Source: Cycas panzhihuaensis (taxonomy: Eukaryota; Plantae; Cycadophyta). Taken from it: a stretch of DNA of 64,000 bases. The stretch spans positions 123,635,741 through 123,699,740 of the forward strand of contig CM041465.1 of assembly GCA_023213395.1 (NCBI GenBank), written 5' to 3'. Positions 40,501 to 54,480 of the stretch are shown piece after piece. The notes under the pieces were generated by a model. The model did not search any database and was not told the DNA's origin. It saw only the letters and a list, made by a program, of their open reading frames with translations. Both the position numbers and the translations under genes were made by a program. Position 1 is the stretch's first letter; the number at the start of each line of letters is the position of its first letter.

Positions 40501-41510
40501 GGAGAAAAGTGCTAACATCAGGGTTTTGGTGGCCATTAATGTTTGAGGATGTAAGAAAGTGGATACAAACATGTGACTATTGCCAGAGAGTAAAAAAACC
40601 TAACCAACAGGATTTTCAACCCCTCCACCTAATTCTACCCTTGGCACCATTCAAAAAATGGGGACTTGATTTCGTCGGACCAATCAAACTAGCTACTTGA
40701 CGATCCCAAACTTGTTTCATCTTAGTAGCACCAGATTACATAACTAAGTGGGAGGAAGCATGAGCACTTAGAAAAGTCAATTCTAAGAGTACAGGTCTAT
40801 TTCTCTATGAAGTGATCATAACATGTTTTAGACGTCCATTGGAGATTATAAGTGACTAAGAAGTTCATTTCCTAAATCAAACTATTGAAATATTGACATC
40901 GATTTTTATGATTAGTCATTCAAAATCCACACCTTACTACCCAAGAGCCAACAGGCAAGCTAAGAGTTAGAATAAAATCATTAAAAATTATTTGCAAAAA
41001 ATTTGGAACATTAGGAGATCAAACTAGGCCGAAAGTTACCATTAGTATTATGGGCTTTCAAGATAACATACAAGAGATAAACCAGACAAATGCCATTTTA
41101 ACTTGTGTACAGGATCAAAGCCATTCTTCCAACTGAATTTGAAATTTCCAGTTTAAGGGTCACCATGCAATGCCAATTGGATAACTTCCATTTCTTATGG
41201 AAAAGGTTGGAAGAACTAGTATGATTAGAAGAAATTAGACATATGGCGAAAGGATTACAATGCATGGAAAAAAGATGACAAAAGGCATGGCATAATTACC
41301 ACCTATAAATATCACAATTTAAGGAAAGCAATCAAGTCCTGCTCTATGATAGCAAATTCAAAATGCACCCCGAGAAATTAAAGATGTGATGGTTGGGACT
41401 ATACATCACTAAAAGAATATTTGAAAATGATTAAGTACAACTTCATGAGATCAGTGGACCTTTGTTACCAACCCAAATGAATGGCAACCAGTTGAAACCC
41501 TATATCAATT
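37589..41510 (+). pseudogene. pol: G1 pol continuation (linker with capsid-like repeats, RT, RNase H, integrase)
   Basis: DVFT*SYKDLKGIP ~38848; ORFs 39048-39236, 39277-39726, 40131-40328, 40365-40700; C-terminal HPEKLKM*WLGLY and NGNQLKPY. Confidence 0.92.
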
Positions 41511-42189
41511 AGAGTAGGAGCTTACTAGTTGAATCAGTTGGTTGTACCATATTGTGTTGCATAAAATCGAGGCAAATCATATTGCCTTGATATCGAAATG
41601 TAATTTAGTTTGATATGTAATCAAAAAAAAAAAAAAAAGAAATAGAAAAATAACTGTAACTCATATAATACAAATAAGTAATATGGCAATTTACAAAAAG
41701 AAAGATACACTACCATAAGAAAAATTAAAAGAGACAAATAAATCGAGAAAAAATACATCAGAAGAATCAATTTTTTGTGTACATACTAATTAGATACATT
41801 AAATATACCAAGAAAGGTACATTACTAGGTATGCAAAGTGATAATAGTGTAAGTGATTAAAAATACACTATATATACCAAAAAAGTATGATATCAAATAC
41901 ACACAGAGTAAATGGACTAAATGTCAAAGTATACTATGTGTACCTGTAGCCATTCCCACATGGTACACAAATGATAAAGAGAGGAAAACAACCAAAATTT
42001 GATGTCAGCAATAATCTAGCTAGAAGTGCCTTACTTAAGGCAAGAATAAGTACAAATTTAGCATAGAAATTCAAGTAGATCATCAAAGAATAAACATCCA
42101 TTCCTAAAAAGGTACACACATAAGGTTTCATACTATTATTCTCTTGTCAATACTCACATTACTTCTAAATTCCCATAGAATTGCCTGCA

Positions 42190-43330
42190 ATGAAGACAGT
42201 AGGGTGCCAAGAAACATTTCTATGAAAATTAAAGGAGGAGTTTGAAGGATTGTCTACTCAGTTCAAAAGCCAAAGTCAAACAGGCAAGTTGGGAAGAGTA
42301 CATATATCTAAGCCCTCTCTACTAGGATCAAGAACTGATGGAAAATATATTATTAGAGTTTTAAAAGGATTTGAAGAGAATTAAATTGGACATAAAGATG
42401 ATACACATAATTATAGGGATTTCAAAGGAGGGAGAAGTCCCAATTGCCACCAAGAGATTAAAGGTAGACCAAGAAACCTAGCTATGGGAGTTTTGTTAGG
42501 AAAACACTTAGGTACTATTAGGAGGCATTCGTGTAGTAAACATCAAGGACATAACATTACAATGGATAACGAAGGTGGTAAACACAAGGTTTTTATCTAA
42601 AAGGAAATATACATACATTCCAAGGGAAATGATGCTGATACTACCAAGGGTTCGAGATGAGGAGCCACTAAATTGGTCAGAATTTTTGGTCATGAACATA
42701 GTACAGTAGATTAGAGAGATAATAACACAACCATTCATACACCCCTCCTAATTATTAGCTATTTTGATTCTTCAGTGTCTAAGAATAAAACCTCTGCAAT
42801 CACCCATCCACCCACATGAACCCTTAATGAAACAATAAGTGAATGCATTCCCAAAAAACATTCAAGACATGGAGATCAAGAGAAAAGTAAAAAAGGAAAT
42901 GACAAAAATCCTAAAGTGGATTTAACAAACTCTAGGAACTATTATTCCACATTATACCAAACAAGTAATATGAAGAAGTGCTAAGAGGAGACGGCATGAG
43001 GGTGAACCCGAGGGAGAAGTTAAAGCAGAACACTCCCTTAAGGGATGGACATAGTTTCTCCTTGTAATGAAAATAAGGAAGACATCATCACATCCAACCC
43101 AAATAGAAGGAAAAACACAAGAAAGAATTTATTTAATCAAGGAAATGGAGGAGAAATATAAGGCAAAAATAACTATCCTCCAAGAAAAAATCAAGGAAAA
43201 AGATGTTATAAGTGCAACCCTTACCCAAATCAATGAGAAAATTTTGGCAACACAAGACCTAATAATGGAGCAAAGGCAGCAATAGTAGCATTAGAGCAGA
43301 GAGGGGAAATGATACCCCAAAAATTTTAAA
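42190..43330 (+). pseudogene. G1 extra 3' ORF (Athila env-like / Transposase_32-like plus coiled coil), degenerate
   Basis: From 42521: GGIRVVNIKDITLQWITKVVNTRFLSKRKYTYIPREMMLILPRVRDEEPLNWSEFLVMNIVQ*IRE; coiled-coil ORF 43067-43285. Family assignment is by eye. Confidence 0.6.
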
Positions 43331-43379
43331 ATTTTGATGAGCAAGAAGGCTCAACCTAATTTTGTCAATCTAGGATAGA

Positions 43380-44267
43380 TGTTGGGGCATATCTTGGTAC
43401 ATAGAGTATGAGGAAGATGAATCGCAAGCTTGTGTTGACCTGTGGAAAGCATGTACGGACTGTATAGAAGTATGCATAGTGATAAATGACAAAAAACATG
43501 CAATCTAAGTATATATAATAGGTATGTGCCTTTTTTGGTACACAACATAAGGTGCATACCGTTTTGAGTACGTCGGCAGACAAAAAGATATGTATGAACA
43601 GATCTGACTTAAAGGCACCCAAATGTGATGATGTCAACCCAAACAGATGTACATACAGACATATAGATAAAAAAGACACTATTAAGGAGACTTAATCATG
43701 TGTTTAAGTGAAAGGGTACCTTAGTGACAAAAAGGTATGGTTATGACTTTGAGTCATAATCCTTCACTCAAGAAGCACCAAACAGACATATTTAATGATA
43801 CTTTGAGGATCATTCTAGTAGTGAGAGCCAAGTATTCAATCCATGAGGCAGTACGACAACCAAAGTACCAAGGAGGATAGTACGAATTAGGGATTCAACA
43901 TATGCATTCTGTGATACATTCCATTTTGGAATACATATGAGAATATTACACATATGGCTGGAACGTATGCAGGATACATTCTATAATTGAATGTATTAAA
44001 GTGAAAAGTTATATGGAATATTGTATCTTATGCATTCCATAATGATTATATAATGGAATATATGTTGATTGGTATACTGCTGTGTAGAATTTATGATGAT
44101 ATTATGATGAGTTAAGGATGAATATGCGATAGCATTGTGTGCATAAGAACATTAATGATAGTTAATAGGAAAAGAAGCATGTTGACCTTATCTTAAGTTA
44201 GACCAACAACCAGTGATCCCTTGACAAGTGTCAATTTTCACAAGTGTAGTGAATCTTTAAGTCAACA
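43380..44267 (+). repeat. 3' LTR of G1
   Basis: TGTTGG...TCAACA. Confidence 0.93.
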
Positions 44268-44460
44268 CTTATGCTTGGTGAATGTATACTTTATATGTTT
44301 GATATTTGATGTTCATGTTATTTAATTCATTATGTGTACATACTCATGAGTTCATATTTCTCTATTATTATTGCATCATTTATCTTATGGTATTAGAGAA
44401 ACTATAATCATATTTTAACATGGAATTAGAGTTAATCTTAGTATTTCCAATATCTTGTCA

Positions 44461-47400
44461 GAAATGAACTACAAAAATGAACAAACTAGAGAAGGCAAAG
44501 ATCAAACCAACTTTATCACAACCTTAGCCACACTTGCGCATAGTAATGAAGAATGATATACATATTCTAGAGCATCCAATCACATGTCACAGAGAGATGA
44601 TTAGTTCAAGACACTCCAACTACACCTTTTTCAACAAAAAAGTTGAGCTTGGTGATGACTTTTCTTTACACATAAAAGGAAAGGGAACAATTGTACTCCT
44701 AATTAATGATAAAGTTAAAAAAATTGGTGATATATTGTGTGTTCCAAAATTAAATGAAAATCTTTCTTTTGTATCTCAACTACAAAAAAAGAGGCTTCGT
44801 GTTAATTTTGATGAAAATAGAAAATGCTACATCTGTGATATAAAACAAAATAGTGCTATAATAGTAGAAGGAATATAGACTAACAACCTCTATAAGTTAC
44901 TCTCTTCTCTTATCCTACCTTTTGTTGTAAAATACTTTATTGTTAATAGCTCTATTAATAAAATGTGGCATTCAAAATACAAATATATTACAAAAAGATA
45001 GTTAAAATGGTTTTAAAAAATCAAATATAGTAGATGATCTTCCTAATATGTATTTTAATTCATTCATATACAAAAGTTAAATGATTAAAAAACTGCATCA
45101 AATCCTATTTTAAGAAAATACATGGAAATCACAAAAGAGTTAATTCAAACAAATTTGTGTGGTCTAATCACTCCAAATTTATTTAATAGTATAAAGTATT
45201 TTCTTACCTTTGTCAATGACTTCTCAAAAAAAACTTAGGAATATTTCCTCTTCAACAAATCAGAGCTCTTAGATCATTTTAAAGAATTCAAAACTCAAGT
45301 GGAGTTAAAAAGAGAATACAAAATTAAAATTCTCTAGTCAAATGGAGGAGGAGAATATATTTCAAATGATTTCTATATTTTTGTAAACTAAATGAAGTAC
45401 AGAGACAAGTCACTACTCCTTAATACACCTCAATCAAATGGAGTAGCTAAATGAATAAATAGAACAATAATTGAGATGACTCGATGCATGATAAATGAAA
45501 AGAATAACAAAAGTCTATTAAACTGAAGCAATCAACACAACTGTATAACTTATCAATAAGAGTTCTACTCAAGTCCTTGATAAAATCACTCTCGAAAAAG
45601 CCTAGATAAGAAGAAAGCTAGATGTAAGTCATCTCAAAATCTTTATAAGTAAAGCTTGTGTTCATATTTCTAATAAAAGATGAACTAAGTTAGATGACAA
45701 AAGTATAAAATGCATTATGATTAGATATAATAATAAACCTAAAGCATATAGATGCATAAACGTAAAAACAAACAGGATTTATGTTAGTAGATATGTAACA
45801 TTTGATGTAAATGCATCCAAAAATAATTAAGAAGGGAAAATTATTTAAAAATATATTAAAGAAAATACAAAAATACTCACTCCAATAGAGAAAATATCTG
45901 AAGTGACTATTGTAGAAGATACCTAAAAAAGCAAGCTCCAAAGAGAAAATAAATGATATATTACTAAAGGTAAACTTTAAGGAGAAAATCAGTAGAATAT
46001 TTCTAAAAAAGAGTAAGATCCATCTAAGATAGAATACAATCTACAAGAAGAAAGAGTTGGTAGCAGTCAGTCAAAAAAATTACCAAAATGGTATATAAAG
46101 ACAATAAAATAATCAAAAGGTAACGTCTTTAAACATACAACTCAATCTCAAAAAAATCAGAGTTTAAGATGTCTAGTTGAACCATAAAGCTATGCAAAAG
46201 TATGTATTAATCTATAATGGCAAAAAGCCATGGATGCAGAGATCGATGCTATAAACAAAAATAAGTCTTGTGAATTTGTCACTGCACCTAATGATAAAAC
46301 CATTATTGGATATAAATGGGTATAAAAAGTCAAAGAAACATATGATGGTACCATTGAAAATTTTAGGGCCAAGCTTGTAGCAAAAGGGTACACTCAAATT
46401 GCAAGAAAATACTATGAAGAAACCTTCTCTCTAGTAGCAAAATTAATAACTATAAAAACAGTTATCGCCATGGCAGCATAATTTGGATGGAACATCATAC
46501 ATCTTGATGTTAGAAGTGCCTTTCTAAATGGATACCTAAATAAGGAAGTGTATATAGAACAACCCTCTAGACATACAGAGAAAGGTAAAGAACATCTTAT
46601 TTGTAGGCTTTAAAAAGTTTGGTATGGTTTAAAATAGGCACCCAAAGCCCAATACACAAAATTGGATCAACATCTCAAACAAAAAGGCTTTAGTTGATGT
46701 GAATTTGATCCTAGAGTCTATGTCAAAATAAATAAAAATGGTCTAATCATTATTATAATAGTTTATGTAGATAGTATGATAGTTACTAGAAATGATTAAC
46801 ATAATTTGTCAAATAAAAATCTAAATGGAAAATGTATTTGAGATGGCAGGCATGGGATTACTTCATTACTATCTTAGTATTAAAGTAAATCAAAGAAAAT
46901 TTTCTATATTTATGTCCTAAATAAAATATATAAAAAATATCCTTTAAAAAATCAAACTAAAATATTGTAATGCTTGTATAACCCCAATGGAAATAGGATG
47001 TATCCTAACTGCAAATGAATGTAAACAAAAAGTTGAAACTTTATGCAAACAACTAATAAGTAACCTCATTTATCTTATAGCTTCCAGTGCAGACATTTTA
47101 TATTTGGTTCGAATAACCTCTAGGTATATGCAATCTCTAAAAGCTTTTCATTGGGGAATGTTACCAAAAAAATATGGAGGTATATCAAAGAAACCTTAAC
47201 ACTAGGATTCGGTTATACCAAGGCATCAAACTTTCAACTAATATGTTATAATAATTCAGATTAGGCTAGAGATCAACAAAAGAGAAAATCCACATTTAGA
47301 TATTACTTCACTCTTGGGTCTATTATTATATCAAGGAGAAGTAAGAAATAATTCATTATAACTTTATCCTTATCAAAAGCAAAATACAAGGCATTTATAA

Positions 47401-47700
47401 GTGCCACAAGTAAAGTAGTGTGGTTAAGACAATTACTCAAAGACTTAAGACAGGAATAACATCAAGCTACCTCCATTTTTTGTGGTAATCAAAGTGTTAT
47501 CAAGATGACTAAAAATCCTATATTTCATGCAAGAACAAAACACATTGAATTACATCATAATTTTATGAGAAAGAAAGTACAAGTAAAGTAAGTAGATCTA
47601 CAGTATTGTCCCAGTGAAAAATAATTTACAGATATATTCATGAAGCCCTTGTCAAAGGACAAATTCCAATATTTCAAAGAGATGATTGGTGTTAAAAATA
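44461..47700 (+). pseudogene. pol: pol (PR-INT-RT-RH) of C3
   Basis: ORF 44534-44878 (VELGDDFSLHIKGKG); NGGGEYISN ~45340; RAKLVAKGY ~46370; HARTKHIELHH ~47527. Confidence 0.92.
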
Positions 47701-47723
47701 AAAGATAAAACATTAAGAAATGG

Positions 47724-47915
47724 TGTAACAATTTATCTTTTATTTTCTAAAGTTAAGTTGAAGGTTATGTGTCCAACCCCTCTTTTATTATGTCTTAAAA
47801 CTTAATCTACATACATAGGCTCATTTGTATACATAATATGTGTTTATACAAGAGTATTTCTCTCTCTCATTAATGCAAGGAAGTAACCTACTCCTCAATT
47901 CTTATTGTTCTAACA
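47724..47915 (+). repeat. 3' LTR of C3
   Basis: Follows PPT aagaaatgg; short deletion near the 5' end; ends CTAACA. Confidence 0.9.
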
Positions 47916-48789
47916 AAAACTTGATCATATAAAGTCTAATTTCATTATTTCTTTTTTTAATTCTACATAAATTTTTTAGATCTTTACTTCTATGTAAAAA
48001 CTTTTAAAGAAATCAAATACAAAATTAGAATTCTAGAGCTCCATTTAGGTATTAGGACTTAAATGTAAGAGAAAACTCCACTTCAACAAATACATAGTAC
48101 TCCTCCTCCTTGAATAAGCATCAAACAAAAGTATGGTGAACTTGCTAAACAAGTCAAGGAGCTCTAACATAGTTTGTATGTAGTAATATTACTTGAGAAC
48201 ATTGTAAAGACACTATAGGACATAATGAATAAGCTTCTAGCTAACTTAGTTAATTTAGTAAATGGCATAAATAAATCCCTTCACCGTAAAAAAGAAGAAG
48301 GTACATTGGAAAAAGATCATGTTGGAAATCAAAGTGAGAACAACAAAAGTATGGAAGCAAAACAAGAATACATTTATATAATGATATACAAGAATTTAAA
48401 AAATCTTGTATTAGATCACAATATGTACAATGAGCTCTCACCAATCTACTCTCCAAGGCAAACAAATATTAGTCAAGCACTTGAAGATGAATCCTTACAT
48501 GATGATTCAAGACAATAGGATCACCTCTCATAAATCATAAGAGAATGAAAAAAAACAAGCAAAAATAAAGGAAACAAAAGATATAAATCATGCATACTCT
48601 TGCATATAAGAAACTATTAGTTACAAGATGTGCATACCCTTAAATGTGAAATAAAATAATGGATATACAAGTCACAAGAGGACCTACCTAATGTAACTCA
48701 TTAATCAACTTAAAATAAAGAATGAGTATAAATTAGACATTATTTTTAACACCCCCTCCCCCCACAATGTATGATTTATTCTCTCTCAT

Positions 48790-51700
48790 AAATAAGAGTT
48801 TTATAAAACTCTCAAACTTCTCATGACTCAATGCCTTACTGAGAATGTCAATAAGTTAATCCTTAGTTGGATAATAAACCAACTCAACTGCTTTACACTA
48901 CACCTGCTCCTAAGGAAAATTATGATAAACTTCTACAGTTTTTGTCCTACTGTGAAAGATAAGATTTTTTGAAAGCTAGATTATATATTGATTGTCATAA
49001 AATAATAGTGAAGGATCATCTTATATAAGCTCAAAATGACCAAGTATTCTCTTTAACCAGATTACCTCACCAGTAGTTGCAACTATTGTTTTACACTCTA
49101 CTTCTGTAAAAAATAAGGAGATAGTAGCTTGTCTCTTACTACACCAAGAAACCATACCATAACTAAATGCAAACACATATCCTGATGTAGATTTATTACT
49201 ATCAACATCTACAACCCAATCTAAGTTTGTATAGCCATGCACTCTAAACTCATGAACTCTAAAAAATGAGAGTTTAAATTTGATAGTACTCTTGACATAC
49301 ACCTTGTTACCTTTCAATGAGAGATGGATGAATCACTCATAAATCAGGTTATAATGTGAATAGTATAATTGATGCTAGGCCTAGTGTTAGTGAGATAGAT
49401 GAGAATACCTACCAGCTCTCTATATAGAGTACAATTAAGAGTCACATCAATAACTTTCTTAGTCAATTTGAGACCACCTTCCATGGAGGCAACCATTGGT
49501 ATTGAATCCTCAACACGAAAATGTTTCAAAAGGCTATAAGCATACTCAAATTGAGATATAAATTTGTTATTTCCTTTTTCCTAAAATTCCATACTAAGAT
49601 AATAGTGCAAAAGACCTAGATCAAACATCAAGATAGTTGATGTAAGAAGTATTATTACCTATAATGATAAGGCCATTAACATAGATATTTATAATAAGCA
49701 TCTCACCATCCTCATGATTTGTATACAAACTATGATCAGATTCACATCTAGTGAACCCATAATAAATGAAGTATTAATTAATATGTGAATACCACACATT
49801 TAGTACCTACTTAAACCCATATAATACTTCCTTCAACCTGCATATGAGATGTTCATTATTAGCATGTATTAAACCTTCATGTTGTTGCACATAAACCTCC
49901 TCATCAAGAATGCCATAAAGAAACTCACTCTTAATATCCATTATATCTATTTGGTAAAGTTCCCAACTAACATGAGATGCAAGATTAACCAGTATTCGGG
50001 TGGTGGTCATTTTGGCTATAAATACAAAAGACTCCTCAAAGTCTACACCTTCAATTTGCGCATATCCCTTCACTATAAGTTGAGCCTTACATCTATCAAT
50101 AACACCATCATATTAATACTTCACCTTGTATACTCATCTATAGCCAATAACTTTCTTTCTTGAAAGAATCTCAATAAGATTCCTTATGTTATTTTTAAGA
50201 ATAAAGTCATACTCCTCTTGCATAATTCACTGCCAGTGAGATACATCCTTAGTTTCGACAAATAGCTCATATTCATCAGTGTTTAAGATATTTGGCATCA
50301 AGTCAAAATTGATTTTGCTCCATATCTGAACGTTAACACTAATGTTGATATCACCAACATCGACATCTTTGATAGTTTGAATATAACACTTGGGTATCTT
50401 TTCAAGAGATAGATGGAAGATCCTCACTCTTTTTTTTTTTATTTTTTTTATTTTTCATTATTTTTATTATATTTATTTGCCTATAACAATAACAATAAAA
50501 ATATCATACATTAATATAATTAAACATCTAATAATCATCTATAATCTCTTCATCTGGATCTATGATCCCAACTTATTGGATGGATATAATACTTAATCAA
50601 ATATCACTTAAAAATTTTTATCATCAGCTTTTATCAACTTTATTTTTAATAAAATAAAATAAAAAATAAAAAAACCAAACATAATAAAATTACAAACAAC
50701 TACTTTCTAGCTTCTTGAAGCTTTTTGACTTTTGAATAAATAACTACAATTGTACTTATGATATCATATTCTATATATTTTATATTTTAACTATAACTAC
50801 TAAAACTATTATTTTTTTTTTTTTTTTTTTAACTTTAATTTTTTTTTTCTCTCACACAATGGGATTTTTTTTCTCACACCACACATTTTTATTTGCATAG
50901 GATGGATGTGTTGTTTTGTCAAATGTCATGATCCTTAAAAAGTGGTGAATTTAGTTGATAAGTACTAGCCTTCCCTATCACTTCTTAGAAACTTGATCTT
51001 CTTTCCAAAGTATTCAATTTTAACTTTGAAATCCTTAAACTATATAAGTGCCTATAACTCCTTCTTTAGAAAGTAAACCTAAGTCCCCCTAGTAAAGTTA
51101 TTAATGAATGTCATTAAGTATTGTATACCTCCAAGTGGAACTTGTGAAAGTAGTCCATACAAATTGGAATAAACCAATCCCAATTTGTCTTTAGTCTACT
51201 AAGTGGACTTGACAAATTTCCCCCTATGTTATTTTTCTACTGCATATACGTAACATATTTTATCATACTTCTAAACTAAAGAAAGATCGTGTGTCATTTT
51301 TAACATATTTAATAATTGAATTTTGTAATAGTTAAAATAATTGAAGTGGTCATGCCATAAAGTATTAGATGTAGTTGTAACAAAACTATGCTTAGGTGTA
51401 CCAGAGAATTTATTCAAGCCATTCTCTTCATTTCCTTGAGTAATTACTAAATTATCATCTTTTATCATACATTTGATGGCATCAAACTCAACCTTCAATT
51501 TTAGTTTAGCCACATGGCTTACAGAAAGCAAGTTGTGCTTGAATGATGGTACACAAAGTGCATTAGAGGTTTTGATTTTATGGACAAGTTGATTAAGAAT
51601 AATTGTGCCCTGACTGATTATTTTATGTTTACTGTCATCACCAAGAATAATCATTTGATTATGGCCACCTCTAAATTCAATGAACCATTCTTTATAAAAA

Positions 51701-52640
51701 GTGATATAGTTTGAGGCACCAAAATTAATGTACCATATACCATTCATGTCAAAAATAGCACTAAACATGGATTTTTTCATTATCTGCAAATAAAGTGGTA
51801 ATTTTCCTAACTTACTTTTTATTTATTTTTTTCTTCTAGCAATTATTTTTATGGTGACCTTTCTTATTATAATAGGTGCACATGACATCCTTTTTACGCT
51901 GCATGTAGGATTCACTCATACTGTGAAAAGGTGGTAGAGTTTGTTTAAAAATATTCATTTGAAACTTCTTTTTAAATTGAGAAGCCAATACCATGTTGTT
52001 GTTACTACTAATGTAACCTTCTATGTGTTGCTCCTCATGTAAGAGAAGTCTAACTAACTCCTCAAAAGCAAGTGGTTAAGCTCTCTCGACAAGACATAAG
52101 TTAATTACAAAGATGTGATGGCTTTTATGTAAGCTATTGTGTGTAATACTCACATGTTCCTTATCGTCTACTTTCTCAACTATCAAAATTAATTAAACTC
52201 TTCTCTCCTTTAATTTGTATAGATATAGGGAGGTAGAGTCGTCAACAATTATTTTACATGAATAAAGCTAGTTGCTAAGGTACAAAACTATTATCTTATT
52301 CTTTGTTTCATATATATTGTGAAGAGTTTGTTATGCATCCTTTGATGAAATCTTTCCTTGAAAATGAGTGATGAAGTCATCAACGATAGAAAGCTCAATG
52401 ATTACCAACAATTCTCTATCATGATCCTCTAAGTCTTTAACATCTTTGTTATTCATAATTGATGTAGTTGGAATAGATCTGGTTGCGATTGAAGTGAAGA
52501 CAACAATTGGCTTGGACTCCTTCCCTTCAACAAGTTTCATCAATTTTTTAAATGCCAAAATATTAAAAATTTTAAACTTCCAAATTACATAATTCTTGCC
52601 ATTAAGTTTATGTGCATCTTGTAAATGTAAAACGTAACAA
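48790..52640 (-). pseudogene. gag-pol: gag-pol pseudogene of C4
   Basis: ORFs 52331-52702, 51271-51789, 49807-50073, 49344-49529, 49021-49317. Integrase core interrupted by AT-rich DNA at 50420-50900. Confidence 0.88.
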
Positions 52641-53823
52641 ACAATGGTAATACTAGATATTATGAGAAGATATTGGTAAATGTGATGTTCATTACCTAAC
52701 ATTGTCTTTGTGCTATGTGAGCCACCATAGCCTTCATTGTGTAATGGTAAGTTTATTTTATTGCTTATTTTATTATATTTTGAATTTAAAGGTTAAGGCA
52801 AGCTCTAACCTGCCTCTCGAATATATATTTTGGGGCTCAATACCTCCAATGTTTATCAACACCATCTGTCAATGAAAATTTGTTAACTTTCTCAATATGA
52901 CTTGAATATAGATTTGAAGATTTGATATTATTTCTGCTCTGCTCTGTCCTCATACTTTCTTCATTTGATATCAGAGTTAGCTAATTTGTGCAGTTGATTC
53001 AATATCTCTTTAGTTTGATATGGACAACTAGTTGTGCTATGATCATAGTCTGCTCACCAACTTCAAAATCTATCAAGGCATCACATTCACTTGAGTTCAG
53101 ATTTGACTGATTATCTTGTGGAGTTGTGTTTCAAACCTTTGAGAAGGCTGTGTTACATCTTTCTCTCATCTAAGATGTTCCCGTGTTGGGGCATTCTACT
53201 ATAAGAAAGCCTTCGAAAGGGCATATGGAATCTACCTGCTTGGACGTCTCAACATCTGCAACAATTCTTAGAGGGATGTTCCTGTGATGGAAGTTGCATA
53301 CTTGGTGTTTACCCGTGTGAATAGTCCGTCTTCAGTCGGTTGCATTTGAAGATATAGCACGGTGTTTACATTCACCACAGCTCACCTCATCTCAGCAGAC
53401 AATACATTCTTACAAAAACACCAAAATCTGAGGCAAATTTTCAAATTGCAGCAAGGTCAAACAAAGTTTTTAATGTCATTTGTTGACTATTGATCCCTTC
53501 CATGCCTATACGTTTGTTGCTTCGTCTGTATCCTCTGTCTGCATGGCGACGTTACAACCGGCTCCCGCTCTCATACACACTGTGGCCCTTCGAATCATAT
53601 CGACATTTCAACCACGTCGTCATTCGCTGGTCCTCTATATCTGGCAGTTCCAATCCAATAAGTTCGATTCTTATAGCCATTTTTGACAGCTTTCCAACGC
53701 ATGCATCATCATTGCCATTTTATCCTTTAGGTTATTTATTTGACGTGCACGTATTCCAGATCTGTGTCCTTGCTAGCATATTCTAGTCATTGACACCTCT
53801 GAAACAAGATTTAGCTGATATGA

Positions 53824-53958
53824 CTCTATAGCAAAGAAGGTAGCACGATAAGCTCTGTTTTTTTATGTTTTTCTAAAATATATTCATATATTGTAGCGAA
53901 GAAGGCGGCAGTAAGCTCTATAGTTTTTTATATATTTTAAAAAAAATATTCATATATT
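53824..53958. repeat. ~67-bp tandem duplication
   Basis: tagc.aagaagg..gca..taagctct...tatattcatata occurs twice. Confidence 0.75.
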
Positions 53959-54152
53959 AAAATTATATTTACGTATGTGATCTCGGACTGAAAGGGCACG
54001 GTTGGTTTGTATCAAGAATCTTAGAAGGCAAAGGTTTAAAGCAATATTCTTTTTTTTTTTCCAAAGTTTTGAAGAAAAATTCATTTTTAAAACCGTCATA
54101 GCTCACTATTGGTTTGATAAAACTGTGACATATGAGTACTTATTATATTTGC

Positions 54153-54444
54153 ATTTGAGTTCTCTTCTTAACAATGAAGACGGTTTGAGATTTCGTTTCT
54201 TATTTCGCAAAAAATCTCCTCTAAAACCTCAGCCTGTACATAGTTCTATAAAGTCCTTATTGTCGTCTATTATTTGATCATATATTTATTTATTTATTTA
54301 TTTATTATTTATTTTGTTCGTATTTGAGTTCTCTTCTTGACAGCGAAGACAGTTTGAGATTTCATTTCTTCTTTCGCAAGAAATGTCCTCTAGAACCTTA
54401 GCCTGCACGTGGTTCTATAAAATCTCCATTGTCGTCTATTATTT

Positions 54445-54480
<36 letters not shown>

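Larger units (their letters stand above)
26671..44267 (+). mobile_element. Non-chromovirus (Athila-related) Ty3/gypsy element G1, inserted in the 3' LTR of N2
   Basis: LTRs 26671-27576 and 43380-44267; TSD cttac/cttat; PBS-like tggttctattgc at 27578; gag ~28420; PR IIDGG 30027; RT SPIVVVPKKNGKIRVYVDY and FLDD; INT WGLDFVGPI. Confidence 0.94.
22828..44460 (+). mobile_element. Non-autonomous LTR element N2 (related to N1), inserted in C3 gag
   Basis: 5' LTR 22828-23340 (513 bp); 3' LTR split into 26346-26670 + 44273-44460 (sum 513 bp); TSD gaagt/gaaat; PPT aagggagag 26337-26345; non-coding interior. Confidence 0.92.
20920..47915 (+). mobile_element. Ty1/copia element C3 (C1/C2-related), outermost resolved layer of a 27-kb nest
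   Basis: LTRs 20920-21116 and 47724-47915; TSD aaaat/aaaac; perfect PBS 21117-21128. gag 21800-22827 resumes at 44461 into PR-INT-RT-RH. Confidence 0.93.

Noticed and set aside
48225-48518. 97-aa ORF as a gene
   Set aside because: It runs across the C4 3'-LTR boundary at 48320; chance open frame.
53302-53380. Possible miRNA hairpin (tggtg/cacca, ccgtg/cacgg, tcttca/tgaaga)
   Set aside because: Stem is too interrupted and I recognise no known mature miRNA; left to the Rfam/small RNA check of the CpG island.
53480-53786. Two overlapping short ORFs as a host gene
   Set aside because: Non-ATG starts, no recognisable domain and no supported exon structure.
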